From Negaprion brevirostris (Eukaryota), in assembly GCA_030324005.1 (NCBI GenBank), contig JARDVH010000001.1:152184898-152248897 (forward strand): DNA of 64,000 nt, written 5' to 3'. The notes beneath the pieces were generated by a model, which saw only the letters and a list, made by a program, of their open reading frames with translations, made no database searches and had not been told where the DNA came from. Every line of letters starts with the position of its first letter. Position 1 is the first letter of the stretch. Position numbers and translations under genes: made by a program. Positions 24,726 to 38,820 of the stretch are shown here, piece after piece.

Positions 24726-25129
24726 CAGTCGTTAAATACCTTACAAATTGGACAGCTCTGTAAATTCCTGGTTCAAAAAGACTTGAAATGTTTCAGTCAA
24801 GGGATCACTGGTACTAAATTATTTAATCTGCACCTTGACATGAAAGTGATAGCAAAACTGGAGAATCAGGTGTCAACATGGTTCCACGTGCTGTCAGATC
24901 CTTACACAGCTTCGACCTGTGGTGAGACACTCTGGTGTAAAGTTGGAGTTTTGAAGTTATTTGATAATCTGATATTAATTTAAACAGCAGAGCACTAGAG
25001 TGAATGCATCAGAAGCTATTGCAGTTACATTGTTAGTGTAATTTGGTGACTGAGTCATGAGCATACAATCAGTACAAAACCTAGCAAATGTTAAAGAGTT
25101 CAGAGGGGAGTTAAGAGTCATTGCACATG

Positions 25130-28100
25130 TCAAAATGTGTTAAGGTTTTATTAAAAACTAAAATGTATGCAACACTCAAAAGGGAATGAAATATCACTAG
25201 AAAAATAATCTACACCAATTGTTATATATTGCAGGGAGACAGAAAAGACAAGTTGGAGGCAGAGACTGACCTCTATTTGTCTGCTCTACATGTTTAATGT
25301 CATCAAACAAAGGACACGGAATGCCAATATACAGTATAACTAGCAAGCTTTTCAACACTGGACAGGCATTTAATAGGCGTCAAGCATCAGATTCTTACAT
25401 TCAAAATTTAAGCAAGAAGTTTGTATTTTTTGTACAGCAATATATTTTAAACAAAAAGTACTGAAGCAATGTTACAAAAAAATTCAATTTAAGTTCAAGA
25501 TTTATCACAAGTTTGAGAAGAAGCGTTGTGTATTTATCTCACAGGTGCTGGTGCTCGGAAATCCAAGTTGCTGAATTCTCCCTGAAGCCACTACCATAAC
25601 TTCTAATCCTTTTTTTAAAGTTATGCTCTGGATGGATCTATCATATTGACAACATTTTTAAGTGCATCAATGAACTGTTTTGGTTTAAATTGATTTCCAG
25701 AACAGCCCCTGAATTTAGTCTTTGTGAAACAGGGTGATGGCTGTGGAGCTGCAGATCCTATTAAAAACTTACAAAAGCCAAACATTTCACTATAGTCTGT
25801 CTTTATTCAGTTATTTCTTTTAGGAAAACATCTTATTTACATCTGAAGGAAATTCTTAAGATTTTGTAACTTGGTATAGTTTCTTTCACAATCGGCTGCA
25901 TCAACACTCCCCAGTGTGCTCAACTTAAAGCATTTAAAGCATTTACAGCCAAACATACTGCAAGGATTAATAGAGTATGTACCTTTATTAAAACTACAGG
26001 CGTGCTTTTTAAAATGTTGATTCATAATGTTGAAACTGTGGCAATTACATTCCAATGATTGTACAATTAATAAAGCATGTTTAAAATGTGTTAAAGTCAC
26101 TTCCAGAAACTTTGCAAAATCCAGAAAAAAGGAGTGTTTCCAGTCTCAAAAGAAAGTAGGAAATAAATCACATTGCGGTTAAAACGAAAAAGGTACTGTG
26201 CATGGTCCTCCAAAATAGATATAAACATAGTCTTTAAACATTTCCATATGTACAACTTGAAATAATCTAATTTGATTGAGATTTATATACACATCGCAAT
26301 TGCATTGTTTTGTCACAAAGTACCCCAAATCTAATCAAAGACAAAAGTTCTCAACAACATCCCAGATGAGGGATATTTCATGATAAATTCTCTCAAAAGA
26401 AACTGTGCAAATATTTAATTATTGCAGCATTTAACTCTTCACGCTACCACAATAAATCTTCATTTGGTGTGATGACACATCTATACAAAACAATAAATGG
26501 TAAAAGTACTGCACACAAACAACTGGAAAAAAAGTAGCTTCACAAGTACAAGTTATACAGACATTTATAAGGTATTGTATGACACAAGTGCAAATAAGTC
26601 ACTCTCTGCTAACAGACCTTCAATATTCAACTATTCACATCTCCTACAGCAGTCAGCGGAAAAGGAGAAGCTCAGTTTATTTATAACTCACTTTATTTCC
26701 TCTACGGGATAGTGGTCCTGTATCTCTCTACTGTACCTCTTCATGACAAAACTTTGCATAATCCAGATAAATAATCTGAACTGTTAATTATACATACTAC
26801 CCAAAATAAAATAAAATCCCGAACTGTGTAATGTTACATGCTTTTTTTTCATTAAATTTAAATTTGAAATCTGGAAAATAGAGAATCTCTTGTTGCATTT
26901 GGTTACAAGCAAGGTTTCCACATATACCAACAGTTCTGTGCGTACTTCCCTTGGGATGATCCTGTACGGCTGAGTGTCTGCTGATTAAAGTCCTTTCAAA
27001 CTTGAATTCACTGAGGAGTTTGCAGAATGATCAAACCAGTATGAAATAGCTTACAATACAGTTGATGGGATCTTCAATTTTCCTCAAAAGGAAATTTAAA
27101 ATTTCAAGTCACAAGTACAAAATTGACAGACTCACAGGCCATCACATCTTTTTGTTCACAAGCCTGGAGTTCTCACGTCTTCAAAGGTGCAAATGACAGG
27201 ATTTAAACACATACCCTTTGATTGTATGTTGATCATAAAGCATTACAAAGGTGGAAAATGAGCAGTGTTTGAGATTAATTGGGATATTTGCAATATTTTC
27301 AAAGCATGTTAGCAGAAGTTGATCCCTTAATCCCTGTGAACATGTTAACTCGACAGCATGGAACACAAAATCCAGCAATGCAGATACTGCCAATTTAAAT
27401 CTACAGTGCAAGGTCCTCAGGATGTAACCGACTGTCCTCATGAATATATTGCACTTTAGCACTAATTCAGTAACTTGTCCCAAAATGTATCAGTCTTAAC
27501 ATATTCCAATACCAAATAGCAGAGTTTAACAGAATTGGGATTCAATTCAGAACTGAGCAAGATTTTTTTTAGCAGGTCAAAAAATCTTAGAGGTACCTTA
27601 GTGTTTATGCTAAACAGCCTTTACAGTTGCACGGGTTTGTGCAAGTCAGCAGATCTCTGCACCCAAATGATGGACTTTTACAGCTAGATTCAGAAATTAT
27701 TTGTCAATGGTTGAGGAAGAAGAAAACTGGCCAGTGCTCATACTCAATATTGAATGACTCCTGCTGGAACATGCATGCTGGATGCAAAGATGGGGAGCGC
27801 TGAACATCAGTTAAGCCTCTGTTAGAAAAGCTTACAATTACAGTTTAGACATAAAATGAACTGTGGCCACTTGAATATGCTACAGTGTAAGTCTACCTAT
27901 ACTAGTGATCTTCAGAAGAACAAAAAAATCATATCAAGTGGTGAGAAAAGATCAGAAATATTAATGTGCATACAATCATAAAAATATACTTAACCATGGT
28001 CTGTATTAGTTTAGATTAAAATATCTTTTGAATGGATCATTTCTATTAGAAAATAATAATTTAACTCAGCAGTTCTATCATTAATTGGGTGGCTAATGTA

Positions 28101-29824
28101 GGAATACGCCCAAAACTCCAAACTGCCAATCTTTTCTGAAAGGCTTTAGATCCTTTAAGGTGTGAACTAAAACGTCACCACAGCATCAGTGATACTGTGC
28201 TGCCTATGAATGAGCAAAATCATTTTCTAACCTGATGTTCACATATGTGGACCTTCCAACAGAGATCATTTGTAGCAATCATGAGCTGGAATTCAGGCTG
28301 TAATTTTTAAAGTTCTCTTTAGCCCAAGGGTCCTTCTATTTTAGATAAGAGCTGCTAAGTACAACTGAATAATCTGACCCAGGAATTACGGGTCATTATG
28401 GGGTTAAACAATGTCTTCATTAACTGAGCCAGTGAGCTGAGTGAATGATTTATGATAGTAACCATAACTCCAAAACAGACATGCCTGGTNNNNNNNNNNN
28501 NNNNNNNNNNNNNNNNNNNNNNNNNNNNNNNNNNNNNNNNNNNNNNNNNNNNNNNNNNNNNNNNNNNNNNNNNNNNNNNNNNNNNNNNNCTGGTGCCATA
28601 TTGATATTTTCAGTATGTCAATGCAAAAAAGATGTTGTGAAGCTGCTAGTAAAGCTCAGCTAATACAAGTGAAATCATCTCTAACAGTTTGAGCAAGTAT
28701 TTAAATTTAAAAATCTGCTTATTAACTTTCCTTGTAAACCTCAGGTCAACATTAATTGTTTGAACTACCCTGAGTTGTAGGATGATGAGGGACACCCACA
28801 CATATCTGAGGGCACTACCATGGAGCACAGTCATCTGCCCCGCCACACCAATGGTTCCTTACGTTACTGCAAAGATAACATTAAACTCTTGGCTATGGTA
28901 TGTTAACTTTTATTCTATGACTTGCAGTGGATAGATTGACTGTAGCACGAGCTACAATTGAAATATGAAAGTTGTGTAACAACAACGCTGATGTAGAAAC
29001 TTAATTCTGGCATGTGGGGCCTGCTAAGAGGAACACTCGCTTTGCTACTGAAAAATCATATTTTTGGACATTATTCACTACCTGGAATTTGTTTGCATAA
29101 GCAGCAAAATGACAGTTGGATTTCAGTGTAAAGCTTATGGAAAGATTCAGTCATGTGGTTCGAAACAGTTCATGATGGGTGGATGGATGCAGCCACTGTT
29201 GTGTCTTCTCCTTCAACGAGGTGAGATTAGATGCAGCTCAAATTATTAAAATGCACTGTTATCCATTTAAAAAGTCATGAAAAGCTATAAAATGGTTGGA
29301 AACATCGATTTANNNNNNNNNNGATTTATTGGTTTACCCTAAATCTCCTGACATGAAAGGAGGGCAGCTGAACTGAAAGGCAAACTAAGCTGTCAAATTT
29401 ATGAACCCATTCCATGCTCTTTGAGAGTGGACATGCGCGCTTTACAAATCACACAATCAAATTTGTGACCTTGTTGGCTGTATATTATGTACCACCCACT
29501 TCAAATGCTTCATGTAAAGTTGGCCAGAAACAACTGAAGTAAATACTTCTGTTTTCACTATTTTAATGAAGTTTAAAATTGTTCAACTAAACTATCATGA
29601 GAGAGACAGGAGATGAGACTGTTCAAGATTCTTAAGGCTGCATCCATGATTTCAATTATGCAAAATATATTTTTAAGGCTAATTCCAGTGTATTAGATAA
29701 CGCGAGGATTGTTGTAAATCACAGTAAAAACTCCACCGTTGCAATTTACAAAATCTGATTTGCATTTTTGAAAATGGTGGCCATAATGTACTGCGATCTG
29801 ACTTCAAACATTCAAATATGCAGG
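25130..29824 (-). other. Probable long 3' UTR of TBC1D14
   Basis: About 5 kb with no recognisable SINE/LINE directly after the stop codon; minus-strand AATAAA at 28909, 26692, 26676, 25984, 25802 and 25147. The 3' end is inferred. Confidence 0.55.
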
Positions 29825-29890
29825 TCATCGTTTCATAGCTGGGCTCCCTTTGTCCACCTCTCTTGTATCTTTCTGCAGTGCTGACAATAC
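29825..29890 (-). CDS. TBC1D14: TBC1D14 terminal coding exon: VLSALQKDTREVDKGSPAMKR*
   Basis: TTTCAG acceptor, TGA at 29827-29825; resembles the recalled vertebrate C-terminus VLTALQKDSREMEKGSP. Confidence 0.93.
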   Translation of the reverse strand, partial: VLSALQKDTREVDKGSPAMKR

Positions 29891-30079
29891 CTGAAAGTGA
29901 AAAAAATTATGACTCAAAACCGCAGCAGAATTTCAGATTCTCTATCAGAATTAAGTTTTGATAAATAGGATGACATTAGAGATAATAAACTGACCTAACA
30001 CTGTGGTGCAAGGAGCCATTCGGTGTTGAGGGGAGTGTGAAAAGGGCCAATATATTTAAATACATACTATTCTCTGCAA

Positions 30080-30510
30080 CCGGTGGCAGCGAGAGCACCT
30101 ATTTGCCACAGGTTGGGTTGCATGCCTGCTGCCAGATTTTAAGGATATCTCCTTCAAGCTGGAGACAATCTTGGACTTGAAGGGAAGGGTCCAGTTGTTC
30201 TGATGCATGTGAGTACCAGCGACATAGATAGGGCCAAGAAAGAGGTTTTGTTGAGGGACTAGGAGTACCTAGAAGCTAAATTAGAAAGCAGAACCACAAA
30301 AATAATCATTTCTGGATCACTGACTGAGCCATGAGCACTTTGGCAAAGAATGAAATAAGATCAGAGTCCTGAATGCATGGTCCAAAGAAGATTGGTGTAG
30401 AAGAAATGGATTTCAATTTATGTGGTACTTCTATCAGCTATACTAGAGTGTTAACCTGAAATGTGTAGGGACCAGTATCACATAACTAGTTACCTCAAGA
30501 GGGCATTAAA
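30080..30510 (+). mobile_element. CR1 ORF1 (SGNH/esterase-like) relic in the last TBC1D14 intron
   Basis: Frameshifted remnants resembling KDIS..LE, EGKGPVVLMHVSTSDIDRAKKEVLLRD and LEAKLESRTTKIIISGSL.EP. Confidence 0.65.
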
Positions 30511-31108
30511 ATAAATAGTGGGAATGGTGAAGGGTTTGCAAGAGGATCACTAGAGAAAGGGCAAGATAATATCCAGGAGGCCATGAGAGCCTGGGGCCCC
30601 ATGACACATAGAGACAACCTTGGGCAGGAAAGACAATGTCAGGGTCCCAACCATTCTCCCGAGAAGCACCCCCCGCCATCTTGAATTTAAATTTGTATTT
30701 ACCTCCAACAAAGATGCATCCATTTTTAGATAGTCCAACATCTCTGATCTGCATCAGCAGCATATATCTCCCCTAGTGGTACTTCTGAGGCTTCAGAGTT
30801 GTTGGTCCTCTAATTGTGGTGGCAGCATCAGTAAAAGGACATGGGGTTCATAAATGGCCATAGGAGCCCACCAGCGGTAAAATTGCTAAGCCAATCCCAC
30901 AACTGGCAAGTGTGGGCTAGGTGCCTATATTTCTGCTAAATATTGGGGTCCTGAAGCTTGGGGTAAAATTCAGCCCATTTATACCAAATGTCATATATTC
31001 TGACAAAAAGGACTTCCTGTTTTTGCAATAGTTCAAAAGAAGAAAAAACTGTTTTGGCATCAATTTTTTTTGCCTCTTATGGTAATAAGAGCTTTACTTC
31101 TCTCTTAC

Positions 31109-31367
31109 CTGAGACCACTTTTTATTTCTGCTCTGTAACTGAATGGTTGCAATGGCCCCAAAGAGATCCTCAGATGACATATCTTCAGGGAGTTTGGTCA
31201 GGAACTGTGCCATGTGGATAAAATCCAATTGGGTCAAAATATCCTCATATAGCTTTAAGATCCCCAGAGCAGTTCTGAAGAGAAATTCCTCTCCATCACG
31301 GCAGAATACATCCCAGACACGACATGCAAGGTCCAGAGGAAAAGATTTACTGTACAAAGTAAAGATC
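31109..31367 (-). CDS. TBC1D14: TBC1D14 coding exon (259 nt): [37 protein letters not shown]...SRNKKWSQ
   Basis: Overlaps ORF 31094..31357; TTCAG acceptor, CAG|GTAAGA donor. Confidence 0.96.
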
Positions 31368-33033
31368 CTGAAGGAAATTAAAACAAAATCATTAAACCTT
31401 CAATAATCACTTACTTGGAGCAAACATTCATTTCAAAAATGACTAAAGAACAGTAGACTTCTGGCAACAAAGGTTTTTAGAAAGATGTTCTGCCAATGAA
31501 AATATGCTGCTTAAGTCAATCAAGATGGGGCTTTCCAATTTCCAAACGACCAAATTCATGCCAGTTTGGAAAAATTTCTTGTGAATACAAATGCTGATTT
31601 AACGCTTGAAGGAATTCTTAATCCTACACAAGAACCTTGCATAAACGTTGTAGGATTCAACCTTTTAATTTGTCCAGTGGAACCATTTGTTCAATTTATA
31701 GAAAAATTATTTCCAAAAAATATAATTTAAAAAACTGAAATATGAACATGTGCCCTTCAGATTATCAGGGCTCAAGCAAGAAAAGGCAAGTTTTTGTCCT
31801 AGTCAATTTTTATAAACCATTGCTACAATAAAAGTAATCTTATTGTAAATGTTCAATAACTGCACAGTGCATAAAACTTATGAAACAATAGGCACAACAT
31901 ACTAAAAATGTTACATAATGATTGTCCATGACCACATTAATAATAGAAATGACCTGTTGAAAATTTGTCATACTGTAATTACAGAATGAGGTGCTGCAGT
32001 ACTACTACACTTACAGTATAACAAACTTAAACACCCTGCATCATTTACAACTCACGCATTGGTAGTAATATGATATTCCTGTTGTACATGGTAGATGGTG
32101 AAAACAATAAGTACTCAGAATTTTACTTAAAAATAGGAAATTTTACTTAGCAAGTATTAGAATCTCATCACTAAACAGCTCATTGAAACTGTAATACCTG
32201 ACTTTTGGTGAAATCAACACAACCTTTTGAATTAAATGCAGGGTAACCATTTATTGAACTGGCTGAAACTTAACCTTGGCATTTAACGTTTATGGCCTTA
32301 TAAAGGCACCTTAATGTGAAAAGCATGAATAGTGTTGGTGGGGGTGGTGCAGCGACATGAGAATTTAGTTCAACCTAACGATAAAGACAGAATGAATAAA
32401 TTTAAAAAGGAACTCAATTATATCTGCATGTGGTCGCCTAATTAACCACCATTCTCTAATACCCCTTCACCAAAAGATTACATTTCACTCTCTGTGTACA
32501 ATGTGCCGCAAGGTTGGTGTCTTCACCAAGCATTCCCAACCCCCCATGGCCAAAAACTAATTCCAACTGTGCTATATAATGAATTAGAAGACACTATCAT
32601 TTAAATAAATTAATTTCAAATCACCCCTTTCTGGCTTAAGAAAAGGAAGCTTTTCCAATCACAATGCGGGAATACACCAGCATGGGAAGGAGTTCAATTA
32701 TTCCTCACCTTCCAAACAGCAAGTTAGCAATAACTGTCTCTAAGATTAACCTTTTGTAAACTACATAAAAACCAAAAGCTTTTTGGCACCGTGCGTGTAT
32801 ATATGCATGAGAACTGGATTAATGAGTGCTTTAGTTCCAGGAATCACTCAACATTTCAAGGACCTGTTTATTTAAAAAGTCAGAAAATGAAAGAGTACAT
32901 CTAAAGATAGATTGAACTTTGTTAACACCCACTCCGTCTGTACTCAACTAAGTTGAGACCAGAAGAGACACCAACAGAAACTTGCAGTAGTATAGCATTA
33001 AAAGCTTCAGAAAATTATGAGAACATTGCTTAC

Positions 33034-33143
33034 CAGTCAATTAAATAAATATCTGGGGTAAGGTTGTTTCTCTTGAAATGTGCAAATAACCTTGGTAGGT
33101 TTTCCTCAAAGAATACCTCAAAGGCTGCAAAATATTTCAACAT
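33034..33143 (-). CDS. TBC1D14: TBC1D14 coding exon (110 nt): [36 protein letters not shown](W)
   Basis: CTAG acceptor after a pyrimidine tract, TG|GTAAGC donor. Confidence 0.95.
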
Positions 33144-34758
33144 CTAGATGGGGAGGGCCAGGGGAAAAGAAAGTGTGCAAACTATTGTTGTAACAAAAAA
33201 AACTAAAGAACAGTCTTAATCAATATAACCAATAAACAGTAAAAACACAGCTGACCAAGATTTGAAATCAATTTCAGATCACCATCAAGTAGTCATTGAG
33301 AGTTTTCCCAACAGTCTTTAAGCTTTTTAAAGTGTAATTTGCAATAACATTCTTTATGCACTATACATCTTAAAACAGGCATATTGGTATGAACATGAAT
33401 TGTCTTCCACAAGCAATTGCCAGTGTAAAAAAAACTGTAAACCTTGTACCCTTTAATATTTTTGATAAAAATTGTTTGCATTCAATGAATTTAGGTTTTC
33501 TGAATACAATCTGCTTTCATCTATAAATACTTATCTAGGCCTTCAGTCCAACAGCTCCATCCATGTCTGTGCTTTTCTTTTAGCTTGACGAATCAAGTTC
33601 TTTAACACATATTTAGGCCAACCTTTGTATCCACCAGATTAAAGTAACCCTTTCACCCTACTTCTCTCCTCCCGAGGTACGAATTAGTGAGCAAGCATAG
33701 CTATACATGCTGTTAGCAGCTACTTTGCTATGGACTTTAATGTAAATTGATAAAGGTCATTGATTTTTGGCAAATAAAAGTAGCTGTCCAATTCAAACAT
33801 GGACATTTTAAATTGTGGTGACTACATTGTGTAAACACAAACAGGCAAGGCATTTTTGTTTATAGAATAAATGAAGATTAATTTATAATTTATATCAGGC
33901 TGAACTTTATAAATCAAAATTCTACTAAATTTTCCATGACAAATGCATAACTACATGCATATTTTTAACTTAAAGGCAACTGTTACAATCATCCTCATGT
34001 TAATGAGTTTACCCTGTGAATAGAAGAATTTTGCACAGTAGATGATCACTGGTCCAACCTCTCAAAGATGCTAAATTAGCTGATCGTGGATACTGCTAGT
34101 AATGGGCTAGAAATCTGCTAGTTTTTTTGCATATCCTGGTTGAAACCAGAAATAGTTGTGTAGAGGGAGATATTCTCTATTCCTTCTGATTTCCCCACAC
34201 CTCTATCCCTTCCAATGCACAAGAAACAAGGACTACTTTTTTTTAAGCACCTTCTGGAGATTGGCTGCAGAGCTGCATAAACCTACTGGTGATCTCAACT
34301 GACCAAGGTCTTAATGCTGCAATTCAGTACATTAAACAGAGACTTGGCTGTGCTGTAAACAACCTGTCATGTTTTAATACTCAACAGTGTTAGCAACTTT
34401 TTAAAACCAACCCATTCAGTATTTTTTAAGATATTAAAGTGTCTGCATTCAATATCACTATTTCTATATTAAACCTTACTACTGAAAATTTAAATAGTTA
34501 GTTTCTCCACTATATACAAAGTAATATTACAAACTGTAAAAGAAAGCAACTGAAAGCATTTCATATGCATGACTTCTGTTCATTAATACAGTCCCTGCAT
34601 TGCAGATAAAATCTTCTTCATTTGTTCAGTAACTAGTTTTATCCTTTCCTCTAACTTTCCACCCTTAAAAGAATTCTAGCTGAGAATGAGAAAAACTCTC
34701 TCTTTCTCCAAATTATTTCATGGGATATGTGCATTGCTGTCATAGACAACATTTGTTG

Positions 34759-35041
34759 AGGCGGCATGATGGCACAGTGATTAGTACCACTGCCTTACAG
34801 TGCCAGGGACCCAAGACTGATTACTGGCTTGGGTTGCTGTCGGTGTGGAGTTTCCATGTTCTCCCCATGTCTGTGTGGGTTTCCTCCCATAGTCCAAAGA
34901 TGTACAGGTTAGGTGAATTGGCCATGTTAAATTCTCCCTCAGTCTACCCAAACAGGTGCTGGATTGTGGCAACTCAGGGATTTTCACAGTACCTTCGTTG
35001 CAGTGTTAATGTGAGCCTACTTGTGACAATAATAAATAAAC
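34759..35041 (+). mobile_element. V-SINE with alternative tail
   Basis: Head and V-domain, tail TTGTGACAATAATAAATAAA. Confidence 0.85.
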
Positions 35042-35046
35042 TATGA

Positions 35047-35372
35047 GCAGCACAGTGGTTAGCACTGCTGCTTCACAGTTCTAGGGACCTGGGTTCAATT
35101 CCTGGCTTGGGTCACTGTGTGGAGTTTGCACATTCTCCTTGCGTCTGTGTGAGTTTCCTCTGGGTGCTCCGGTTTCTCCCACAGTCCAAAGGTGTGCGGG
35201 TTAGGTTGATTGGCCATGCTAAGAATTGCCCTTAGTGTTGTGAGATGTGTTGGTTGAAGAGATCAGTGGATAATATGTAGGGATATGGGCGTAGGGCCTG
35301 GGTGGGATTGTGGTCGATCTAGATTCGATGAGCCGACTGGCCTCTTTCTGTACCGTAGGGTTTTTATGATTC
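35047..35372 (+). mobile_element. V-SINE (HE1-like), directly abutting the previous SINE
   Basis: Head and V-domain, CR1-type tail. Confidence 0.85.
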
Positions 35373-35555
35373 TGTCTCTAATTGCTCACAAGAAAATGGC
35401 AATGATCACCCCTCTTTGTAGTATTTTGCTTATATTGTTCTGCCATTCTGCACAATTTAAAATGATAAGCTTTTCAGCTTTCCTCAGACAGGTGGTATTA
35501 ACAAAGGAACTTNNNNNNNNNNNNNNNNNNNNNNNNNNNNNNNNNAAATACTCAC

Positions 35556-35684
35556 AAGGCCATGGTCCACACGAAAAAATGCCATTTGACATGGCTTGTT
35601 CAATAAGTTAGCAAAGGCAATGAAGGCATCTGCAGTATCCAGGTTCAGAATTAACACAGCAGCAATGAATGACATTCCCTGCAC
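35556..35684 (-). CDS. TBC1D14: TBC1D14 coding exon (129 nt): [43 protein letters not shown]; contains the YxQ glutamine finger
   Basis: Lies within ORF 35484..35684; AATAG acceptor, CTT|GTGAGT donor. Confidence 0.95.
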
Positions 35685-38095
35685 CTATTGGGACAGAATG
35701 TTTAAAGTGAACATATGTAATCCAGTTGAGCGAATAACTTTTATCCAGAAATAATTCCAAGATTTTAACTAAATCAAAAGATTGATCACAGACCAAAAGA
35801 AAACAGTCCAAATATTAATATCAAAATCTTAAGATTGTATTATTGTCTTTAATTTATCCCAGTAACATTAAAGATATTGTTGCCCCTACACCTAAGTCTC
35901 AAAGTGACAGGTTGACAGCTTATAGAATAAAACAGCCTAAAATCCACCGGCCCACTAATACTCACTGCCAACCTGAAGGAAGACAGACCTCAGTCAGAAT
36001 TGCTAACAACTGCCCACAGGACACTTTCAAAAATTTCCAAGCCCAACGTAATGTCACAAATTCAGCCAATGGGCCAAGGCAATTTTTGGGTCATGAAATG
36101 TAAATGATGAAAGTGATGACAAGGATGGCGAATGAACCCAGCAGAGAAAATGCCCACAAACAATATTAAGATGTGAGACAGATTGATAGACGTACTTGAG
36201 CAACAAAATACAAGTCAAACATATACCAATGCCGATGAGGCAAAAGAAGGTGGAAAACCAATACACGAATGCCTCCCAGTCGAGTACATTGACACTGAAA
36301 CCTCTGCACCAAGCAGAATCAGAAATGGTGCCATGGGTGGAAACTCAGTACAGCTACCCTGCATTTATTATACAGTGATACATCTTACTTTTCTAGTCAT
36401 TTTATTGACTTTAACCCATATCTAGTCTAGGCTTTGGCATTTGTAATATAAGTAGGTCAAGTCCTTTCTGAAATCCTAACAGTTTTGAATAACTCAATCT
36501 TTAAGATGTTGCACAATAAAATTCTAGCTATGCTCAAACCTAGTGACTTAAAATTCCACACAATTCAAAATAAAATTTCTATTGGTACCAATATTTTTCA
36601 ATTAAAAAAAAAGCTTACTGATTTATGGGGACTCAAATGATTAGTACGTAGGAAAACAGTATAATAATAGATTTAGAAATGATGTGGCCAACACATTTTC
36701 TTAAAGCTCCTGCACCTCAAGAGTTTTCCACTACACCAGTGGATGTCGCCTGCATAATTTAACGATTGAAGGAAATACATGACCATCTATACCAATTACA
36801 CACATTGTATATTGCTACTTAACATTAGTACTAAGGAAATTATAGGTTTACACAAAAGCAAAGTTTACACCTAATCAAAATACAGTAATTTTTTTCAGAC
36901 CTAACTGACATACGTTAAAGTATTTACCATACACTCAAGTTGTAACCGAGTATGTCATCTTCACCTCCCAAAAAAAATTGCAAGCTTTTTTCAAATAAAC
37001 ATTACGTTACTAATTGCACCTGAAACCACCGCCCGCCTCACCCCGACTCTTGCACACAACTAACTTTGGCTGAACACCTTAATGCCTCCTGTACAGAGCA
37101 ATTTCTGATGTCACTCTCCAGGTGCAGATCTTTTACTGGTACCTTGCAGTTCAGTGTTAACAGAGTCCAAAGGCAAATCATACAGTACAATATTGAGGAA
37201 GCTTCTGTTCCACCCATGGCCTAAAGCCCTTGTTACACTCTGATTTTTATGCTGAAACTTAAGCAGAAGCGACACAAAGACTCTATTATAGAGCAGATAT
37301 ATTACACTTATAAACCCATAATTTAATCTTTGGTGCAACCACCCAAGTAGCTAACACTGGAGTATAACAGACCAGCAAGCTGGAACTAACATTATGATCC
37401 ATGCGTTGATGCACTGCAATGAAATTACCCTACTTACTTTGACCATCAGAGGAGTTGACTCAAAATCACACAGCAAAGTGTTTAGCCGATGAGGTGAAGA
37501 CATATACATTAAACAGATACTCCAATTCCCTGGATGCAAAGTGTGGAGTGTCAACAAAGCAGTGGCAGGTTGTGACACATGTGTCACTCATCTAAACACA
37601 CGTATGAAAAGCAAAGATCCAAGATTTGCTGCACATCAGCATTTCGATGACCCACTGGTTAAGGTAAATCCTTCATATTTATACAGATGTTTCTGAAGTA
37701 ACACCAATGCAAAAATCATAGTCACCACAAATTATGTCACCAATTTGGGACAAGAGGAAAAAAGCGCATTACCACAGCATTTGTAAAGAAGAAAGGATAA
37801 GAATTCTCATCTGGGAATTGTTTGTACTTTCATCAGTACAAACAAAAGAGCTGCACCTAAAATAGTAATCAATTCTTTGTCTCGTCAATGAGTCTTGTGA
37901 ATTTTCTGTTAGCATAAATATCCTAAAGCACTTTATAGGACTGTTGGCAAACAAAATTTGGCACCAAGTCACAGAAGGAAATATTCAAGATCAGTGACCA
38001 AAAATCTTGGTCAAAAAGGCAGTTTTTAAGGAAAGTCTGAAAGGAGGAGAGAACAGTCAAAAGCTGAAAGCATGGCAAATGTGCAATAAACTTAC

Positions 38096-38167
38096 GTATC
38101 CTACATCAGGTCTATAGCAGGTGTATGCACCTAGAATGCTGTGTAGTACATCATAATAAGGACCTCC
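38096..38167 (-). CDS. TBC1D14: TBC1D14 coding exon (72 nt): [24 protein letters not shown]
   Basis: TTTTACAG acceptor, TAC|GTAAGT donor; phase 0/0. Confidence 0.95.
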
Positions 38168-38465
38168 CTGTAAAAATAAATAGACAGTTTTATTTCAATG
38201 TAACAAAAGGGCTATTTCAAGACAATTTTAATTTAAGGCTGCTGTAATAGGACTAATTTGAAATAAATTCATGAAGTTTAAGTACGCCAGTTTAGAAATG
38301 CTTAAAAACAGCACAATACTACACAATGTATTTGGAAGCCATTCTTATATCAATGATGTGTGACAGCCTTTAACCTGTTCGTAAAGAATGTTTGTAATTC
38401 TGTTAAAATATCAGTGGAATCTATAATTGTTTTTAAGAATGTTCGAAAAAGATTTTCATGAGCTT

Positions 38466-38820
38466 GCGGCATGGTGGCATAGTGGCTAACACTGCTGACT
38501 CATGGTACCAGGGATCCAGGTTGGATTCTGGCCTCGGCTGACTGTGCGGATGTTTGCAAGCTCTCTGTGTGTCTGCATGCATTTCCTCCAGATGCTCCAG
38601 CTTCCATCCTCAGTAAAAATGATGTGCAGGTAGGTGAACAGGCCCCTTAGTGTTCAAAGATGATTAGGTACATTCACCATGGTAAATGCACAAGGTTGTG
38701 GTGATAGGGCGGGGGTGTGGGACTGGGGAAGATTTTCTTTCAGTGAGTCGGTGCAGGCTCAATTGGCTGAATGGTCTCGTCCTGCACTGCAGTCACTCCA
38801 TAATGCTGGAGTTCTATGAT
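38466..38820 (+). mobile_element. V-SINE (HE1-like), diverged
   Basis: Head GGCATGGTGGCATAGTGGCTAAC, tail TTCTATGAT. Confidence 0.8.
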
